Below, in pieces: positions 23,897-37,618 of a stretch of DNA of 64,000 nucleotides. Source of the stretch: Amphibalanus amphitrite (taxonomy: Eukaryota). The notes under the pieces are model-generated. The model saw nothing but the letters and a program-made list of their open reading frames with translations. It made no database searches and had not been told where the DNA came from. Position numbers and translations under genes: made by a program. Where the stretch lies: the NCBI RefSeq assembly GCF_019059575.1, contig NW_024881729.1, forward strand, positions 480,406-544,405. Reading direction: 5' to 3'. How positions within the stretch are numbered: position 1 is the stretch's first letter; every line of letters starts with the position of its first letter.

Positions 23897-24768
23897 ATGT
23901 CGATGTCGGAGCTGACTCGTGTGCTGCTGATGGCAGCAGTGCTGGGAGGACTGCTGGCTGAGGCCGGGACGGTCAGTGCTCAAAGTGGTGACGTTCAACG
24001 GCTGGTGCGGCTCAGAAGAGCTCCACTCCGAATCAGCAGAATCAGCAAATTCCGACCGGAGGACCCAACTTCTACCAGATCTAGCCCGGTAACAACATCT
24101 AGCCCTTCTAAGCCTGGTTCGAGCAGCCTGCATTCTCCCGGAGAGGTTCAGGTTGTGACCAGTCTCCTTCGCTCCCACACGGCCTGGCCAGTCTGGAGGC
24201 CGCCTGTCTCTGTCACCACCGGCCAACCGCCGAGCACTGTTGAGCCAGGCGTGGAGGGTCAGGTAGAGAGGACCACAATGGTTTCAGAGGTCACCGTACC
24301 CACGGAGGCGAGCGCCGGGGTAAATTACCAAACGAAGCACCCGGAGCACTGCCTTCAGACGGAGCACTGGTCAGAGCACTCGGAGCACTCGGAGCTTCAC
24401 GTTCAGACGGAGCACCCGGAGCATCAGACAGAGCGACCAGAAACTCCGATAGACCGCCGACCAGGAGTCGACCTGGAGCTCCAGTCGGAGTCCGATCCTC
24501 CAAATGAACACTCAGAGCTCCAGGAGTGGCCGGAACACCACCCAGAGCCCCATCTTCAGACGGAGCCCCCGGAGATCCATCCTCAGACAGAGCCATGGCC
24601 AGAGCCCGGTCCAAATCCCGCCGGCAGCGGGGGAGGCCGTGAGACGGCCCCTGGACAGCTCCCCACTGAACCACCCAGCTCCGAGCTGACGGAGCGACTG
24701 GAGGACATCAGCGCTCGCATCCAGCTGGTCCGACAGAAGCTGTCACAGAGGCTGGACTCGCAAATGAG
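23897..24768 (+). CDS. Gene C exon 1: a secreted His/Glu/Pro-rich protein. It has the signal peptide MSMSELTRVLLMAAVLGGLLAEAGTVSAQ and HPEH/TEHxE repeats.
   Basis: The ORF ends at the donor AG|GTAGGT at 24769, a phase-2 end. Confidence 0.55.
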
Positions 24769-25002
24769 GTAGGTAGGCTGAACCTGAGCTCGCCTGCTTA
24801 AGACTGTCCGTAGAACATGCTTAGTTAAGTCATGACGTCTTGTAGCGGGTGATTTGTCTAAAAAAATAGCTTTCACTATAACTCCTGCCAGCAGAATAGT
24901 CGCTTTTTACAAGGGCCTTGCCCAATATAGCTCGATGAACTTCACAAGACGATGATCGGCGATCGGCGCTCCTTCGCTGACAGACTGAAACCTGACCCAC
25001 AG

Positions 25003-25320
25003 AATAACTGGCGCCGGTAACTCGCTGGTCACGCTAGCGGTGCTCGCGCTGGGAGTCCTCCTTTTCGACGCCATCAACGACGCTCTGGCGGGCGGCGGGG
25101 GCGGCCGGTCCGCCGGCGGTCTCTGGGGCCGTCTGCTGGGTCCCGAGCTGCTGCGATGGGCGACACCGCCGGACCGCTGGGACAGACTCCTGGCGGAGTT
25201 GGAAGATGAGGAAGCGTCGGCAGGCCGGGAGGTGCTGCTCCCCGGGCCGGGAATCATCGGCGAGTACATCAACAGTCTGCTGGAGATCGGCCTCAACATG
25301 ATCACAGTGTGGATGCATGG
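25003..25320 (+). CDS. Gene C exon 2: (R)ITGAGNSLVTLAVLALGVLLFDAINDALAGGGGGRSAGG...EYINSLLEIGLNMITVWMH(G).
   Basis: The acceptor is acccacag|A, and the exon is open in the required phase-2 frame. The donor is GTGAGT at 25321. Confidence 0.45.
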
Positions 25321-25579
25321 GTGAGTGGGATGGGTGAGGGCAGCGAGAGACGAGGGGCTTACCGAGAGGAGCACGGTTTCGGTAGTTGCATCTTGTGCCG
25401 GGGCGGGGAAGGGGAGGGTCAAGGGAGCCCATAGAGAGGTGATTTAATTTTAACCATAGCATGCCAGCAATTATCTTGAAACAGCTCGATTTGTGTATAT
25501 TTCTAGCAGCGAGAAGCGGTACCGTATTTGTCCACCTAGCGGTCATTCGATGAACCACTAGTTACCGTTCTGTCCGCAG

Positions 25580-25799
25580 GGAGGCGGGCTCGCAGTGCGG
25601 TCGCCGTCTGCTGTGTGAGCTGAATCAGAAGGCCCGCTCGCAGTCAGCACTGCACTCAGCGCTGACGTATACGGGCGGCCTGCTGCTGTCACTGCTGCTG
25701 CCTGAGGCGTCTCCCTCCGACCATCTGCTGGCCATGAGGCAGGGACGGCGCGGAGCCGACTGTGTGGCCACCTTCGACCGGTGTCAGGTCACACTGTGA
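25580..25799 (+). CDS. Gene C terminal exon: (G)EAGSQCGRRLLCELNQKARSQSALHSALTYTGGLLLSLLLPEASPSDHLLAMRQGRRGADCVATFDRCQVTL followed by the stop.
   Basis: The acceptor is tgtccgcag|G. It contains the complete four-Cys C-terminal module shared with genes A and B. Confidence 0.55.
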
Positions 25800-27069
25800 C
25801 ACAGGTCAGGTTAGGTGACACGGTCAAAGGTCAGGAAACACCGTGTACAGGTCAGGGCAGGTGACACCGTGACACTGATCATGTGACACGGACACAGGTC
25901 AAGTCGTGATCACAGATACGATGGGAGCGTGACGTGGCATTGAAGACAAGTGATAGCTGGTACAGTGATTGAGTCTAACTCACTTCTAGGTATATGTACT
26001 ACTATTATGTACGATGTTAGGGTTAGTACTGTGACTGAAGTCAGCTGTAAACGGTCCAGAGGTAAGGTATCTGACAGAGAGCAGCTCTTCGCGTTTGATG
26101 ATGTGTCGAACTCTAAATAGGGCAGTGACCGACCGGTTATATCACCCAGGCTGGCTCAGCTCGGCACTGGCGACAGTGGCATTATGTTACATGCACCATG
26201 TTGTCCTCAGAGGCAAATGCGCCGTCCAGGACATATTATACCAGTTTGCCCGGGTGAGCCTAACGAGCCGTCAAACGACTCCTATGTAGCATGTTTTATC
26301 CAACGATTCAGGTTGAGCTCTGCGGTCGACATTTGAGGCTTGGCGGTACTGCATCGTTTTCAGTGGAATTAGTGCATGTCTGTTGTCGAATTCCAAAAAC
26401 AGAAATTGGAGCGCCCGGGAGACGCCTGACATTCGACAATGTACGATACCGTGTGTGGTTGACGAGCAGAAACAGCCTCGTTTTGATTTTATGTGCATGC
26501 TAGCTGTTCTAAGGAGTAAGAATAGTGAATAAGTAAACAAAACTGAAATGAGATTCTATTTCCGAATGCTATTCTGTTTTCTAGGCCATCTTGGCGTACT
26601 GATCATTTCATCAAGCATTATAAATTTCCCTTACTATTTTATATTGTATTATGTTCTTTAGAAGACAACAAGTACACAAGGCGGACACAAAGACTACAAT
26701 AATGGCATTAGGCGCCGAGCTGTACGCCTACAAAGCAGCACACCCTGCCAGAAGCGCACTTCAGCCACAGCCAACTCTGCGGACGCGAACCAACCAGCAC
26801 GGCACGGACAAATCACCCTAGTGCGCAACCAACTATCACGTGACGATTACATGGGACTCACGTATTCCTAGCACCCTATTCCGAGGCAAGCGGCAGTAGA
26901 TAAGAGCACACATGGACGCGAGCGAACCCCGGCAGGAGCCTAGGCTGGGTCGGGAGCTGGGGGGCTCGAGCGAGGCAGACAGTCACCAGGCATCATCTAC
27001 CGTTGGAACGGACCCGTGCTTACAGGCGAAAGCTGGCGAGCAGCACTCTGAAATGAATGCTGCGGTCTT

Positions 27070-28250
27070 TTAACCCGCGCCCCGTAGGGCTACCGGCGGA
27101 CCCTACCACCCGTAGGGGGGGGGGGGGGGCCGTTTCGGCCCCCCCCTAAGATCTCGGAAAGTTACCGGCCGATTTTCAAAATTCAAACGGCGTTTGATAG
27201 CCCTACCCGGGAACTACCTTGTGACCAAATTTCATTGACCTAGGTCAAACCGATGACGTCACAGGTCAGGTCAAAGGTCAGATTTTCACCGTTCACAGGC
27301 AATTCAAGAAATGTGCTGTGAAATCGAGTAAATTGGTAATTTGTTGAAAACCATCGATGGTATATTGTTCGTCAAACACATACTTTGCTATCTGAGGTCA
27401 CTGATACCAGGTCAGGTCACAGCGAGGTCAGGTCACCGGGGGTCACAATATGAATGTGTCGTGTGATACATGTTTTATGGTCCATTTTACATGATAAATG
27501 CGATTATGTGGGTTAGGCAGCCTTTGGGGCCAGCCTAGGTCACGTTTTGGTGAAGGTCAGGTCAAGGTCAGGTCAAATTAGGTCAAATTTCAAAGTTGAT
27601 ATTTTTGCATAAAATGGGTATCCATTCGATGCAGCTCGTCACGGGGAGTCTAATGGTGGTCTTTGTTTTGCTCTACGATTTCTAGAATTGCCAAAAATTG
27701 AGTTTGAAAATTTGACGTCATCATTTTTGAACAGTTTTTTCGCTATAACTTGGCCAAAAAACGAGGTATCGATCTGAAATTTGGTATGTAGATAGAAGAC
27801 GGTAGGTACTATCACATATATTCCGGTTTTTCCGAAACTCAAAAAACTTTTTGGATTTTTTGGCTAATATATCCAAAAAAATGCTTTTTTGATTTTTGGG
27901 GATCAAAACTCAAAAATTTCAAAAATCCGAGATAGCAGTTTTGTAGCCCTGTCAATTCTACACCTTTTATGTCTTGATCATTTTTCTGTATCTTCAAAGC
28001 TGTAGGCCTGACAGGTCTTCTCGCGAAGGTCTTTTTTCGGTCGAAAATGACAGAACATGACGTCACTCTGACGTCATTTGTGGCCAACCTACCACAGCCT
28101 CTGGAAAAATTTTTGGTCACAATGTGTAAAATTGATGCCCGGAGGGGTCCTGAAAGTTTAGTGGCGATATCTCCAGCCGTTTAGGAGATATCGACCGAAA
28201 AGGACAGGGGGGCCGTTTCGGCCCCCCCCCCCTACGGGGCGCGGGTTAAA
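27070..28250 (-). mobile_element. MITE-like element, copy 2, in inverted orientation relative to copy 1. It lies immediately 3' of MVP.
   Basis: The ends are TTAA|CCCGCGCCCCGTAGGG...GGGGGGGGGGGGCCGTTTCGGCCCCCCCC and GGGGGGCCGTTTCGGCCCCCCCCCCTACGGGGCGCGGG|TTAA. The internal sequence is the reverse complement of copy 1, for example ggtatcgatctgaaatttggtatgtag. Confidence 0.7.
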
Positions 28251-28705
28251 CGTACGCCGCACTCGCGAAACTACCTGCAGCACTCGCCAGGTCTAGTGGA
28301 GTGGAACTTGTGAGTGCTGTTAGGAGGCTAGGAGCCCAGCCGTCACCCGTGACTATGGAAAACACAGGACAGGTAACCTACCCACTCTCATACATCGAGA
28401 CTAGACTCTGCGGTTGGAAGATTAAATTAAACCGTAATTCGTCCCGGCAAAAATCTGGTGGCACGGCTCACGGTTTCGCTGGTTGTAGGCGTCAGACAGT
28501 GGAAAATCGCTTCCAAAAACAAAAAATTGTACGAGACGCGTCTTGTACTGGCATCTCTTCTCTTCCAGTCTGGGATGTCTTCAATTCAAAATCACAGAGG
28601 AGACCGTGCAAAATCTCGGCTGACCAGGAATCCAACCACCTGGGCAGTTAGTCGGGCGGACCACCTGGGCAGTTAGTCGCGTGGCGCCGCGCGGCGCTCT
28701 GCGGC

Positions 28706-31145
28706 CTAGCGCGGCCGCTGGACGGCCGACTCGGTCCCGGCCGCCTGGCCCAGTCCCACCAGGCCCTGGGCGGTGTTCAGCAGGCTGATGGGAGTGCGTC
28801 CGTCGGTGATGAGCGTGGACTGCAGGCCCAGACTCTGCAGCATGCGCACCTGGTGGTCGCCGCCAGCAGTGGCCATGGCCTTCAACGTCTCGGCGCCCAT
28901 CGCCGACACCATCTGCTGGAACTTCTCGATCTCGATGTTGGCCATCTCCTTGGAACGCGCGATCTCCAGCTGGTTGCTCTCCTCGGTGTACTTGAGCTCG
29001 GCCTCGCGCGCCGAGCGCAGCCGCTCCAGCTCCGACTCGGCCTCGATGTTGGCGGCGCGCGCCTTCAGGCCGGCCTGCTCCACGGCCGCCTCTCCCTCGA
29101 TGCGGGCCGCCTCGGCGCGGCTCTGCGCCTCGGCCTTGGCCTGACCGGTGCTCTCGATGGCCGCGCACGCCGTCTGCAGCTCGACGAGCTCCTTACGCGC
29201 CTGCTCCGCGGCCGCCTCGTCCTTAATCTTCTGCCGCTCGAGTCGGCCACGCGCCTCCTGTTCCGTGCGCTCGGCCTCGTGCTTGGCGGCCGCCTCCTGA
29301 GCGTTGGTGGTGATCTCGATGGCCAGCTGGACGCTCTTCTGGAGCGAGTCGCGCGTCCGCTGGTCCACCGGCTCCACACTCTGGATGTCGATCGAGGTGA
29401 CCACAAGGTTGTTCTGCGGAAACACAAACTGTTTGCGCACCTTGCCAGCGTCGTCCAGACCGAACACAGACTGCCGGATGATTTTGGCCGAGTTCTTGTG
29501 GAAGTCATCGAATGGTCGCTGCGCCACGGCGCCGCGCACACGAGACGCGATCGCCTTGCACGCGTCGCCCACAAAGTCAGGCACGCTGAAGATCTTGCAC
29601 GCATCCTCGGCAGTCTTGTTGCCGACATCAAAGTGCCAGTTGTAGGCAATCTGCAGCGAGAGACGCGCGTGGTCGGACGTCTCGACAGTGACAATATCAG
29701 TGCAGAAGTCGGGTCCGAGCAGCAGCGACAGCGCCCGGATCGTGTTGGGCTTCTTGGGCTTGCCACCGGACAGGGAGAGTTGCGTGAACTGTTCGTCCGG
29801 CTCCAGCATCACCAGGTCGGGGCCGAACACAACGCGCGACCGCTTCGCCTTGTAGTCGTAGACCTGAACGGCTGCGTTGTGCGGCACGCGGTAGGTGATG
29901 ACGCGGGTGCGGTCGCTCAACTCGTCATGGCTCTTGTTGGTCGCTGACCGTCTCAGCTCCCGGTAGCCGCCGCGGTCGGCCAGCGCGTCGGTACGCAGCA
30001 GCTCCACCACGCTGGCGGGCAGCTCCTTCTCCCACAGCTCCTCGTCCTGGGTGAGCATGTAGGTCTGTCCACAGACGGCGCGCACCTCGCCCGTGCGGTT
30101 GTTGCGCACGTAGATACCCTCGGTGCGGTCGAGCGGGATAGCCGTCTGCTGGACGACCACCTCCACCTCGATGGGCGGCACGAACTCCACGGGCCCGGTG
30201 ACCATCCAGCGGTCTCCGGGCCGGCGCGTCACCGGCGGCGTCACTGTGTTGTCAGTGAACGCCTCGCCGGCGCGCAGCACCAGCGCCTCGTTCTCCTGGA
30301 GGATGTAGTTGTCGCGGACGTCGTCTTCCAGCGTCTCACCGGGCTGCAGGAAGAACGACTTCTCACCGCGCACCAGCCGACGCTGGCCGAGCTGCGGCTT
30401 GCCGTCCGGCCCGACCGGGTCGCAGATGACGCAGTACTGCCGGCTGGTGAGGGTGGTCACCTCGCGTTCCTCCACCACCTCCTCGTACACGTCTGGGATG
30501 AACGTTTCCATATCGTCGAAGCGCACCAGCCACTCCTCGCCGTTCTTCCTGCGCACGCCGCGACTGTCGGTGAAGGTGCGAGTGGCGCGCACCAGAAGAG
30601 CCGTCTTCTCCGTCAGCACGTGAGCGTTCACCATCTTGGCCACCTCCTCGTAGACGCCGGGCATGTAGGCGCCGACTCTGGTCACCAGCCATTCCTCGCC
30701 GGCCACCCGCTTCTGGCCCTTCCAGTCGGTGGTTTCGAGTCGTGCCCGCAGTCGGAGCGCCTGGTTCGGCCCGATGATGATGGCCTTGATATCGGCCACC
30801 TCCTCGACCTCCGGACGCGGCACGTAGGTGCCCGGCCCGAACAGCCACTCATCGCCGGCGGAGCGCACCACCTCCCCCTCCTTGAACTCGCGCAGCGCGC
30901 GCAGGTGGAGCGCCTTGTTGGGCGGGACCACCTTCAGCGGCAGCACGGCCGAGCTGAGCTTCTCGCCCGGGTACAGCGGGAATGGGTCCTGGTGCAGCCG
31001 CACCTCCGTGTCGGCGTGCAGCAGGCGCGCCTGGCCGCTGGCGTCGCACACCACCTGACCGTCCTCGCCGCGCACCACCGGGTTCTCGACGACACAGTAG
31101 TGGCGCGGCGGCACCACCACCATGGCGTTCGGGCCGACGATGACC
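28706..31145 (-). CDS. MVP: Major vault protein (MVP), main 3' coding exon: R + [22 protein letters not shown] ... to the stop. The acceptor ctccag|GG lies at 31145/31146.
   Basis: The 805-aa ORF aligns end to end with vault MVP repeats and the shoulder/cap-helix region ([56 protein letters not shown]). Together with the upstream exon the phase-2 junction reconstitutes ...DNER|VIVGP, as in human MVP. Confidence 0.9.
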
Positions 31146-31830
31146 CTGGAGACGGAGCGGGACAGGGTCAGGACAGACGGCCAATAATAAGTCTCGAAAC
31201 ATTAGCGGGTTTGAGGAGCACATCATCACATTTTGGTTGAAACCGAGACGGGAAACTATACGATAGAATTAGACAAGCACAGCTCTTCTACGGTCACCGT
31301 TATTGACAGTGACCGCAAAACGAGGGAGTTGAAGCCCGAGCTCCTCGGCCCGCTGCGCCACCTATCCTGCCCTGACCTACACCATGAGAGCTTGGCAGCT
31401 CCCAGCCGCACTAGTACCCGATCTCCCATACAGATGGCGCCCGGCCGCAGCGTCCGATCCCCAGTCGGACGGGTGAACTCGGGCCTGGACACGCCGCCGA
31501 AATGTCGGGCGCTCTCCGTATCGATCCAGGGTGTGGCGGAGAGCGGCCACATGGCGCGTCCCATCCCCGGTCCCGGCTCCAGCGCGGCGCGACCCCCCGG
31601 CTCTCCGACGAGCCGGCAATATGGCCGACCCGCCCACACAGCGGACACAAAGACTGGGAAATACACTCTTCAACTAGCCGACGTTCATGAGCAACTTTTG
31701 CATCATTGTCGCTACGGAACATACTGCTCGTAGAATACTCATGAGAATATCTACCCCACCCTTCAATCCCTCCAATTCCCGACTGTCTCTGTCTGAGATG
31801 CCGCTCGAACGCCCACTTACCGTTCATTGT

Positions 31831-31973
31831 CCTTCCTGATGAAGGTCTGCGGTCCGACCTCGACCCGGGTGACGTTGGCCGTCTGATCGAGCACGTGCAC
31901 ATAGTAGTGCGGAGGGATGCGGAACAGGCTGTCCGACGAACTGGAACTGTCCTTCTTACTCATCTTGATCGCT
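31831..31973 (-). CDS. MVP: MVP first coding exon: [47 protein letters not shown] plus the first two bases of the R codon; the donor is GTAAGT.
   Basis: It matches the human MVP N-terminus ([36 protein letters not shown]). On the minus strand a perfect gtaagt donor sits at 31825-31830. A tctcacag acceptor lies just 5' of the ATG, suggesting an intron in the 5'UTR. Confidence 0.85.
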
Positions 31974-34900
31974 GTGAGAGGGAGGTGGGCGGTCAGACAG
32001 GCAGATGCATAAGACAAACGACATTAACACTTAATAGGTACGGAGATGCTGGCCGAATGGGGTAAAACATATCGTAGACAAACGCCAGCTCCTAGCTCAC
32101 GGGTTGACTGACACTGCGGAGCAAAAGACACGAGGTGTACTTACCGGTGTCGGATACACCCCACACTCACCGCTCACGGCTGTCCTACCTTCAGCTGCTT
32201 CGTTCAGCAGCTGCAGGTCGTCCAAGGCCATAAGGGCCCCCGCGACACAATATACAATGGCTCACACCGATCCGCGACCACACTGCTCACACTCCCTGGC
32301 ACGAACGCCTTACTACACAGAGTCTGAAACACGGCACAGAAGACGTGACCGTGCATACACCCCGCCACCGTCTGCCGCTCCCGGGTCTGGGTACGAATCA
32401 CCTGCCCCGCCGGCCGGCCGGCCAGAGGACAAACATCCCAGTTTGGCCGAGCCCTGGCACCCAGCCAGTCTTCAAGTCCAGTCATCGGCCGGCCCGATGG
32501 GAGGCCAACTGCAGGGAGCCGCCGATTCATGTGAGGAGTTACGGGATAGCTGTGAGAGACGGCCGCGGGCCGACGGGGGTACTTGGACAGATGGTCGGGT
32601 GCCGACTGGGCGATAACGAACCACGAGTGTGGAGAACGGGAAACATAAATTGACGAGCGAATACGACATACGTTACCAGTGCGTCACAATAAAGCACGAA
32701 TTTGAAGAGAGCAGTTAAATTCATGACCCGTAAAAGGATCAGCCACAACACGTTAGCTGTCGACAAGCACAGGAAAACATCTAGTCAATGGGGTCTTACA
32801 TGCCATCTGCGATTCCTGTTCCTCCTGATCGAACAGCAATTTCAGCATTCGCAGTGCACCAGTGCACTGTTCCGTGTTCCGTGCAGTATTAACCGTCTGC
32901 TGTCCTTTACTGTCCTCACCCCACCGGCACCGTCTACCGTCGGCTCAGACCAGAACGAACACTTAGACTGGGCCACCGGCCGTACGTACCGGTACCAATC
33001 CGTGAATGTTTGCCCGCCGTCCTGGTAACGCCACGTGGCCTCGGAGGGCCCGACGGGTGCCACCACCGTCCGTGTAGGCTAACGACACGTCAATACACCC
33101 CTGTATGGATTGTGGACGACCACACGCCAGCTAGGAGCACCGGCCGTGGGGTCGGGCCGCGCTGTTGGGTGTGGTAAACGTGACAACCCCGTGGTGCCTA
33201 ATTGATGCGGGTCACCAGACCAGGGGAGGGGCGGCGGGTCAGGTGAAGGGAATGGGTGGGAGCACGTCGGCACAGGTCGATAATGGTGGCATGAATGCGA
33301 TCTCCATGGCAGGTTCACCGAGCGAGTGCTACTTTGGGGGGGGGGGGGGGGCGAAGTCCCTGAATACAGTCAATACCCTTCATTGGCATGCTTTTCAAAG
33401 AAACACCAAATGAACACATAGGGAGGGGAGAACCGTCCAAAACGACCCCATTAAGGAAAAACGGTGTGTCACCGCTAAACCGGTTATTTCACCATGCGTC
33501 TTTGGGTATTTTGTTAAAGTGTTATCTTCAGATTATTGAACAAAATAATATGCAAGGCACTCGGATGTTGCATTCCGGCAAGAATGAGCTTTTGCAAGAC
33601 CCCTGCAAACGGGGCGTTTTACATTACGGGTGTTGTAAAACACCCCACTTTGGTTGTCCCTATTGATGAGTTTCGTTTGCATAAATATTGCAATTAATAT
33701 TGCGTTTTCAGTGCAGCTGCTTCGAGCTGGCATCAACCGGAGACGGCTGTTATCGAGATCCGCTCCACAGAAACTGCTTCTACCAAGTACCAACTCGCGA
33801 TCCGAGCTATTGGTGCCTGATGACGTCACCCTAGAGCAAACTCAGCCACTTTTTCTCCACCAGCATCCCCATATCGGCGGTGGAATTTCCGTCGTATACG
33901 TCAGCTATGACGTCAGAGCGACAGGCCCAAACAGACGACCGACCGGCCGCCTATCGGACCAGCTCCGCATGGGACGGTGAGTATTGAACGGCTGGCGCTA
34001 CGGACATCTGAGCCCGACGGCCAACCGTCTGGATCTGGCCATTTCAGGGTTTACGGACCGTGATGCGACTCAGACGGCCGCAAACTTGACCCAAGAAGAG
34101 TAGCCGGGAACTGCGAAGCGCTGGAGTTCAGGCAACTGACCTTCCATACTTTCTTGGATTATATGATAGGTATATCTAATCATAATGCATGCCATTCAGG
34201 CGGGTGGATGGGTGCTTGGATCCACTCGCCATTCGCCAGTCACCCGACGATAGTTTGTCACTGTCTGCAGCTCAGCAGCCAGGGGTCCGGCTGCGCGGCC
34301 CACCCGGCGCCATGCCGGGCTGCTGCTGGGTGCTTTCAAGGTCATCGGACGACACGTCACAACAGCTACGGCGGAATAGCATAGCACCACAGTGCGAACG
34401 AGGGTGAACCGACTCCACATCCTGTGATATGTGCGTCAGATCTAGGGTTCCGATAGAACCAGGCACGCCGATTGTTACCTGGGTTACCGACCCAAACAAA
34501 GACCACTGAAACCGAGTTTCGTCCTAACCCAACACCGCTAGTGGTAAAGCAGCCTTGGCTCCAACCCCAGCCCTCACGGCACCCTCGTAGTAAGATCGCG
34601 GATCAGCCAGCTCGGCAGTCCCCGGGGCTCACCTGATCCGTACACCGACCGACCCGTCACCGTCCGTACAGTCGGCTGCCGTCCGTCCCGTACTTCCGTA
34701 CGCAGCCGGCCCAGTCGGCGGCTCGCCCGACTGTGCTGTTCGGACGGCGGCCGTCGGACCGGCAGACCGCCCTCTGTCGACGGACACGAGGTGGCGCAAC
34801 CGCGCGGAGGGGCGGCGCCGTCCGCCCGGCCAGGGCGGGCATCCGCCAGATGAGATGGCATTGGGCAAATCCGTGAATCAGCTCCGGCTCTGGGAGGCTG

Positions 34901-37505
34901 GGGAAGTCCCAACGCACTGCAGGCGGTTTTGGTAGGTATGCGGATCACCTCATCCCGGCAGCGTGCGGACAGGCCGCGGCCGGAGATGGAAGCCGGCCAG
35001 CGCTGCAGTGGTGGTCGAGGCTCGTACGAGCGGCCGGATTGCTCAACGTCGAGCGGCGCACTTCGAGGAGCGTGGACTATAAATATAGATGAGGCGGATG
35101 GATGAGATCATAACCAAGTCAGCACGGCAACCGGCCTGAGAGTTGTGAGCATAAGCTCCTACCACACGGACGACGGGGCGAGCGCCGGATGTCAGATGTC
35201 AGAGCCTTTTGATAAAGCTCAGCAGCTGAGACGTCAAGGTCTATCGCGGACAGCACCCCACTGAGAGGACATCTCGACATCTGATAAGGAGCTCGAAGCT
35301 GTCTGCAGCCAGCACCGCTGCTCCTCAAAGAGTTTGGGGAATATTGGCAGCGCAACTACACATTATCTGGCCGCAAGGCGCAAATGGTTACCAACAGGAG
35401 TAATGTAGCCACCAGACCTTATGCTTATCAAGGACACCTGTGACGCCGCTCACGGGTTCCCCGAACCTGCAATGTAATGATGTTACCGCCCGGAGGCGTT
35501 TCCGTGAATAGCCCAGACTCGCACCGTCATGGCTGGCTCAGACAGGGTCAATACTTCATGCAGCCTGCTCAGACATGGACTCAATGTTAGGCCACTGATT
35601 AGCATTCAGAACGACCTGGCCATGGAAAAGACGCCGACTCGGGATCCACAGCTTCAGACCTGGAACTCTGGAGCCTGGGACAGTACCCGCACTGAGACAG
35701 TCTGAACGTCGTCCCAGTCTGCAGTCTGTCGGACTATGCTGGACTTGATCACACCTCATACCAGTCCAACCGGTGTCTGTCCCCGGCAGAAGCATGACCT
35801 CTGGTTGCCCGCTGCAAGGGACCGCAGCGCTCCGGCCGGCCGCGTCAGTGGGGGCTATTAGCGACGGAGCGGTGACAGCGCCAGCCCGGCTCGGTCCGGG
35901 GGAGGGGTAGGACAGTTCTGACAGCCCGGGGAGTCCCGCCGGCCTGAAATGGACGGTCACGGCCCGGCGGCCACGCTGCGGACGGCGCCGCTGCCGCACA
36001 GACCGCCCGCAGCGGCGGGACACAGGGCTGTAGAGTGTAGAGGCAGTAAAAGTTAAAACGGAGCTCGGCGAACTTTGGTCGGACCGATCACAATGGCAGC
36101 TGTAAAAATGAAAGATATTTATGTAGTATCGTATCAACTACAAACACAATAAAAGTTCCAGACTACTTTATCTTCAGAAATAATTACGATGCCTTATACG
36201 TCCCAAGATTCACATATCCTTTCACAAGTAGGCTGGAATAGAAACTTTTATAATGATGTTGTCCAAGCACATCAGTTTGCGATCTCTTAGCATAAGCAGG
36301 GCGCCCAACGCTGGCAGCTTGCACTATGGTGGTGAAATATCCACATGACAACCGCCAGCGCACAGGGACCACCACGTTGTGCAATGTATAACTCACAGCG
36401 ATTGCGAATATAAACAGAACAGAGCGACACGGTACAATTTATACGGCGACACGACCTGAGCGGGGCAATCAGGGGGAGGGCGTCGTTACTCGTTATGGGA
36501 GATAGTCATACCAAGGTCGGACATTCAGTACCCAGTTGTCAGTCTGGAGGTCGACATATTTGCCTGGACTAGCAATCAGACAGTAAAAGACAAGGGACCG
36601 ATATACTCACCTGAGCGTCTACCGTCTGCCGCCCACTGAGCCCCAGCCTATACCACAATGAGCCGTGTGACCACACAGCCCGCCCGACCGATCTCGACAC
36701 GCCCACTCCCGCATTCCGCTATCGGACCCGAGCAGGGGCGGACACAGGACGACAGACACACACGCACACATGCACACTCACACACCTTCTGCGGGGTCTC
36801 TGATGGAGAAACTACGGTCCTCTGACATGACACGTTCAGAGACCGGGACGTCCAAACGTCAGTGCAGTGCAACTCCGAGCAGCCGCCCCCTGGCGCACCC
36901 AATACTGCCCACTGATAACGACATTCTCTACAGGACCTGCTATCATTGAGCATACACCACGGCCGGTCACGGGGCGGGCGGACCACGCGGCACGGGCCGC
37001 CGGAGTTGCACCACATGACGAGAGGGCGCACTCAGGGGGCCGGGGGCGGCGGATTTACCAGGCTGTCGGCAGTCCAGCGGCGAGGCAGACCGGGACCGTG
37101 AGCGGGAGCGAGACCGAGACCGGGACCGGCACTGGGGCTCCTCCGGCGGACAGCGGCGTCTCTTGCTCATGGCGCCGCGGCCGAGCGAGTGGCTGCCAGC
37201 CGGCCGCTCGAAAGGGCGTGTCGGCGCCGCCGCCGGAGCAGGGGCGATTCCAGGCACACAGCCGGTCGGTCCCGTCGGCACGGCAGCTAGGCCGGGATTC
37301 GTCACAGCGCACCCGGCACCGCTGAGCGAGCCGAGGACGTGCCCGTCTCGACCGACGCCGACGCTGCCGCCTGAACAGACAGGCACCGCGCGGCGGGGCC
37401 GGTGACCGGTGGGTGCATGGCGCGACCTTGGCGGCGGCGGGCGACGGCGGCCGGGCCTGTCGCGACCCGCCGGGCGCCGGTAAAATCGATGCAGCTCGGC
37501 ATAGC

Positions 37506-37618
<113 letters not shown>

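Noticed and set aside
28581-31240. Many long ORFs overlapping MVP on both strands (e.g. 28853-29947+, 29065-29766-, 30363-30848-, 30620-31240+, 30849-31229-)
   Set aside because: They are alternative-frame or antisense ORFs produced by the high GC content of the MVP exon. None has a protein signature, while the MVP frame aligns along its full length.
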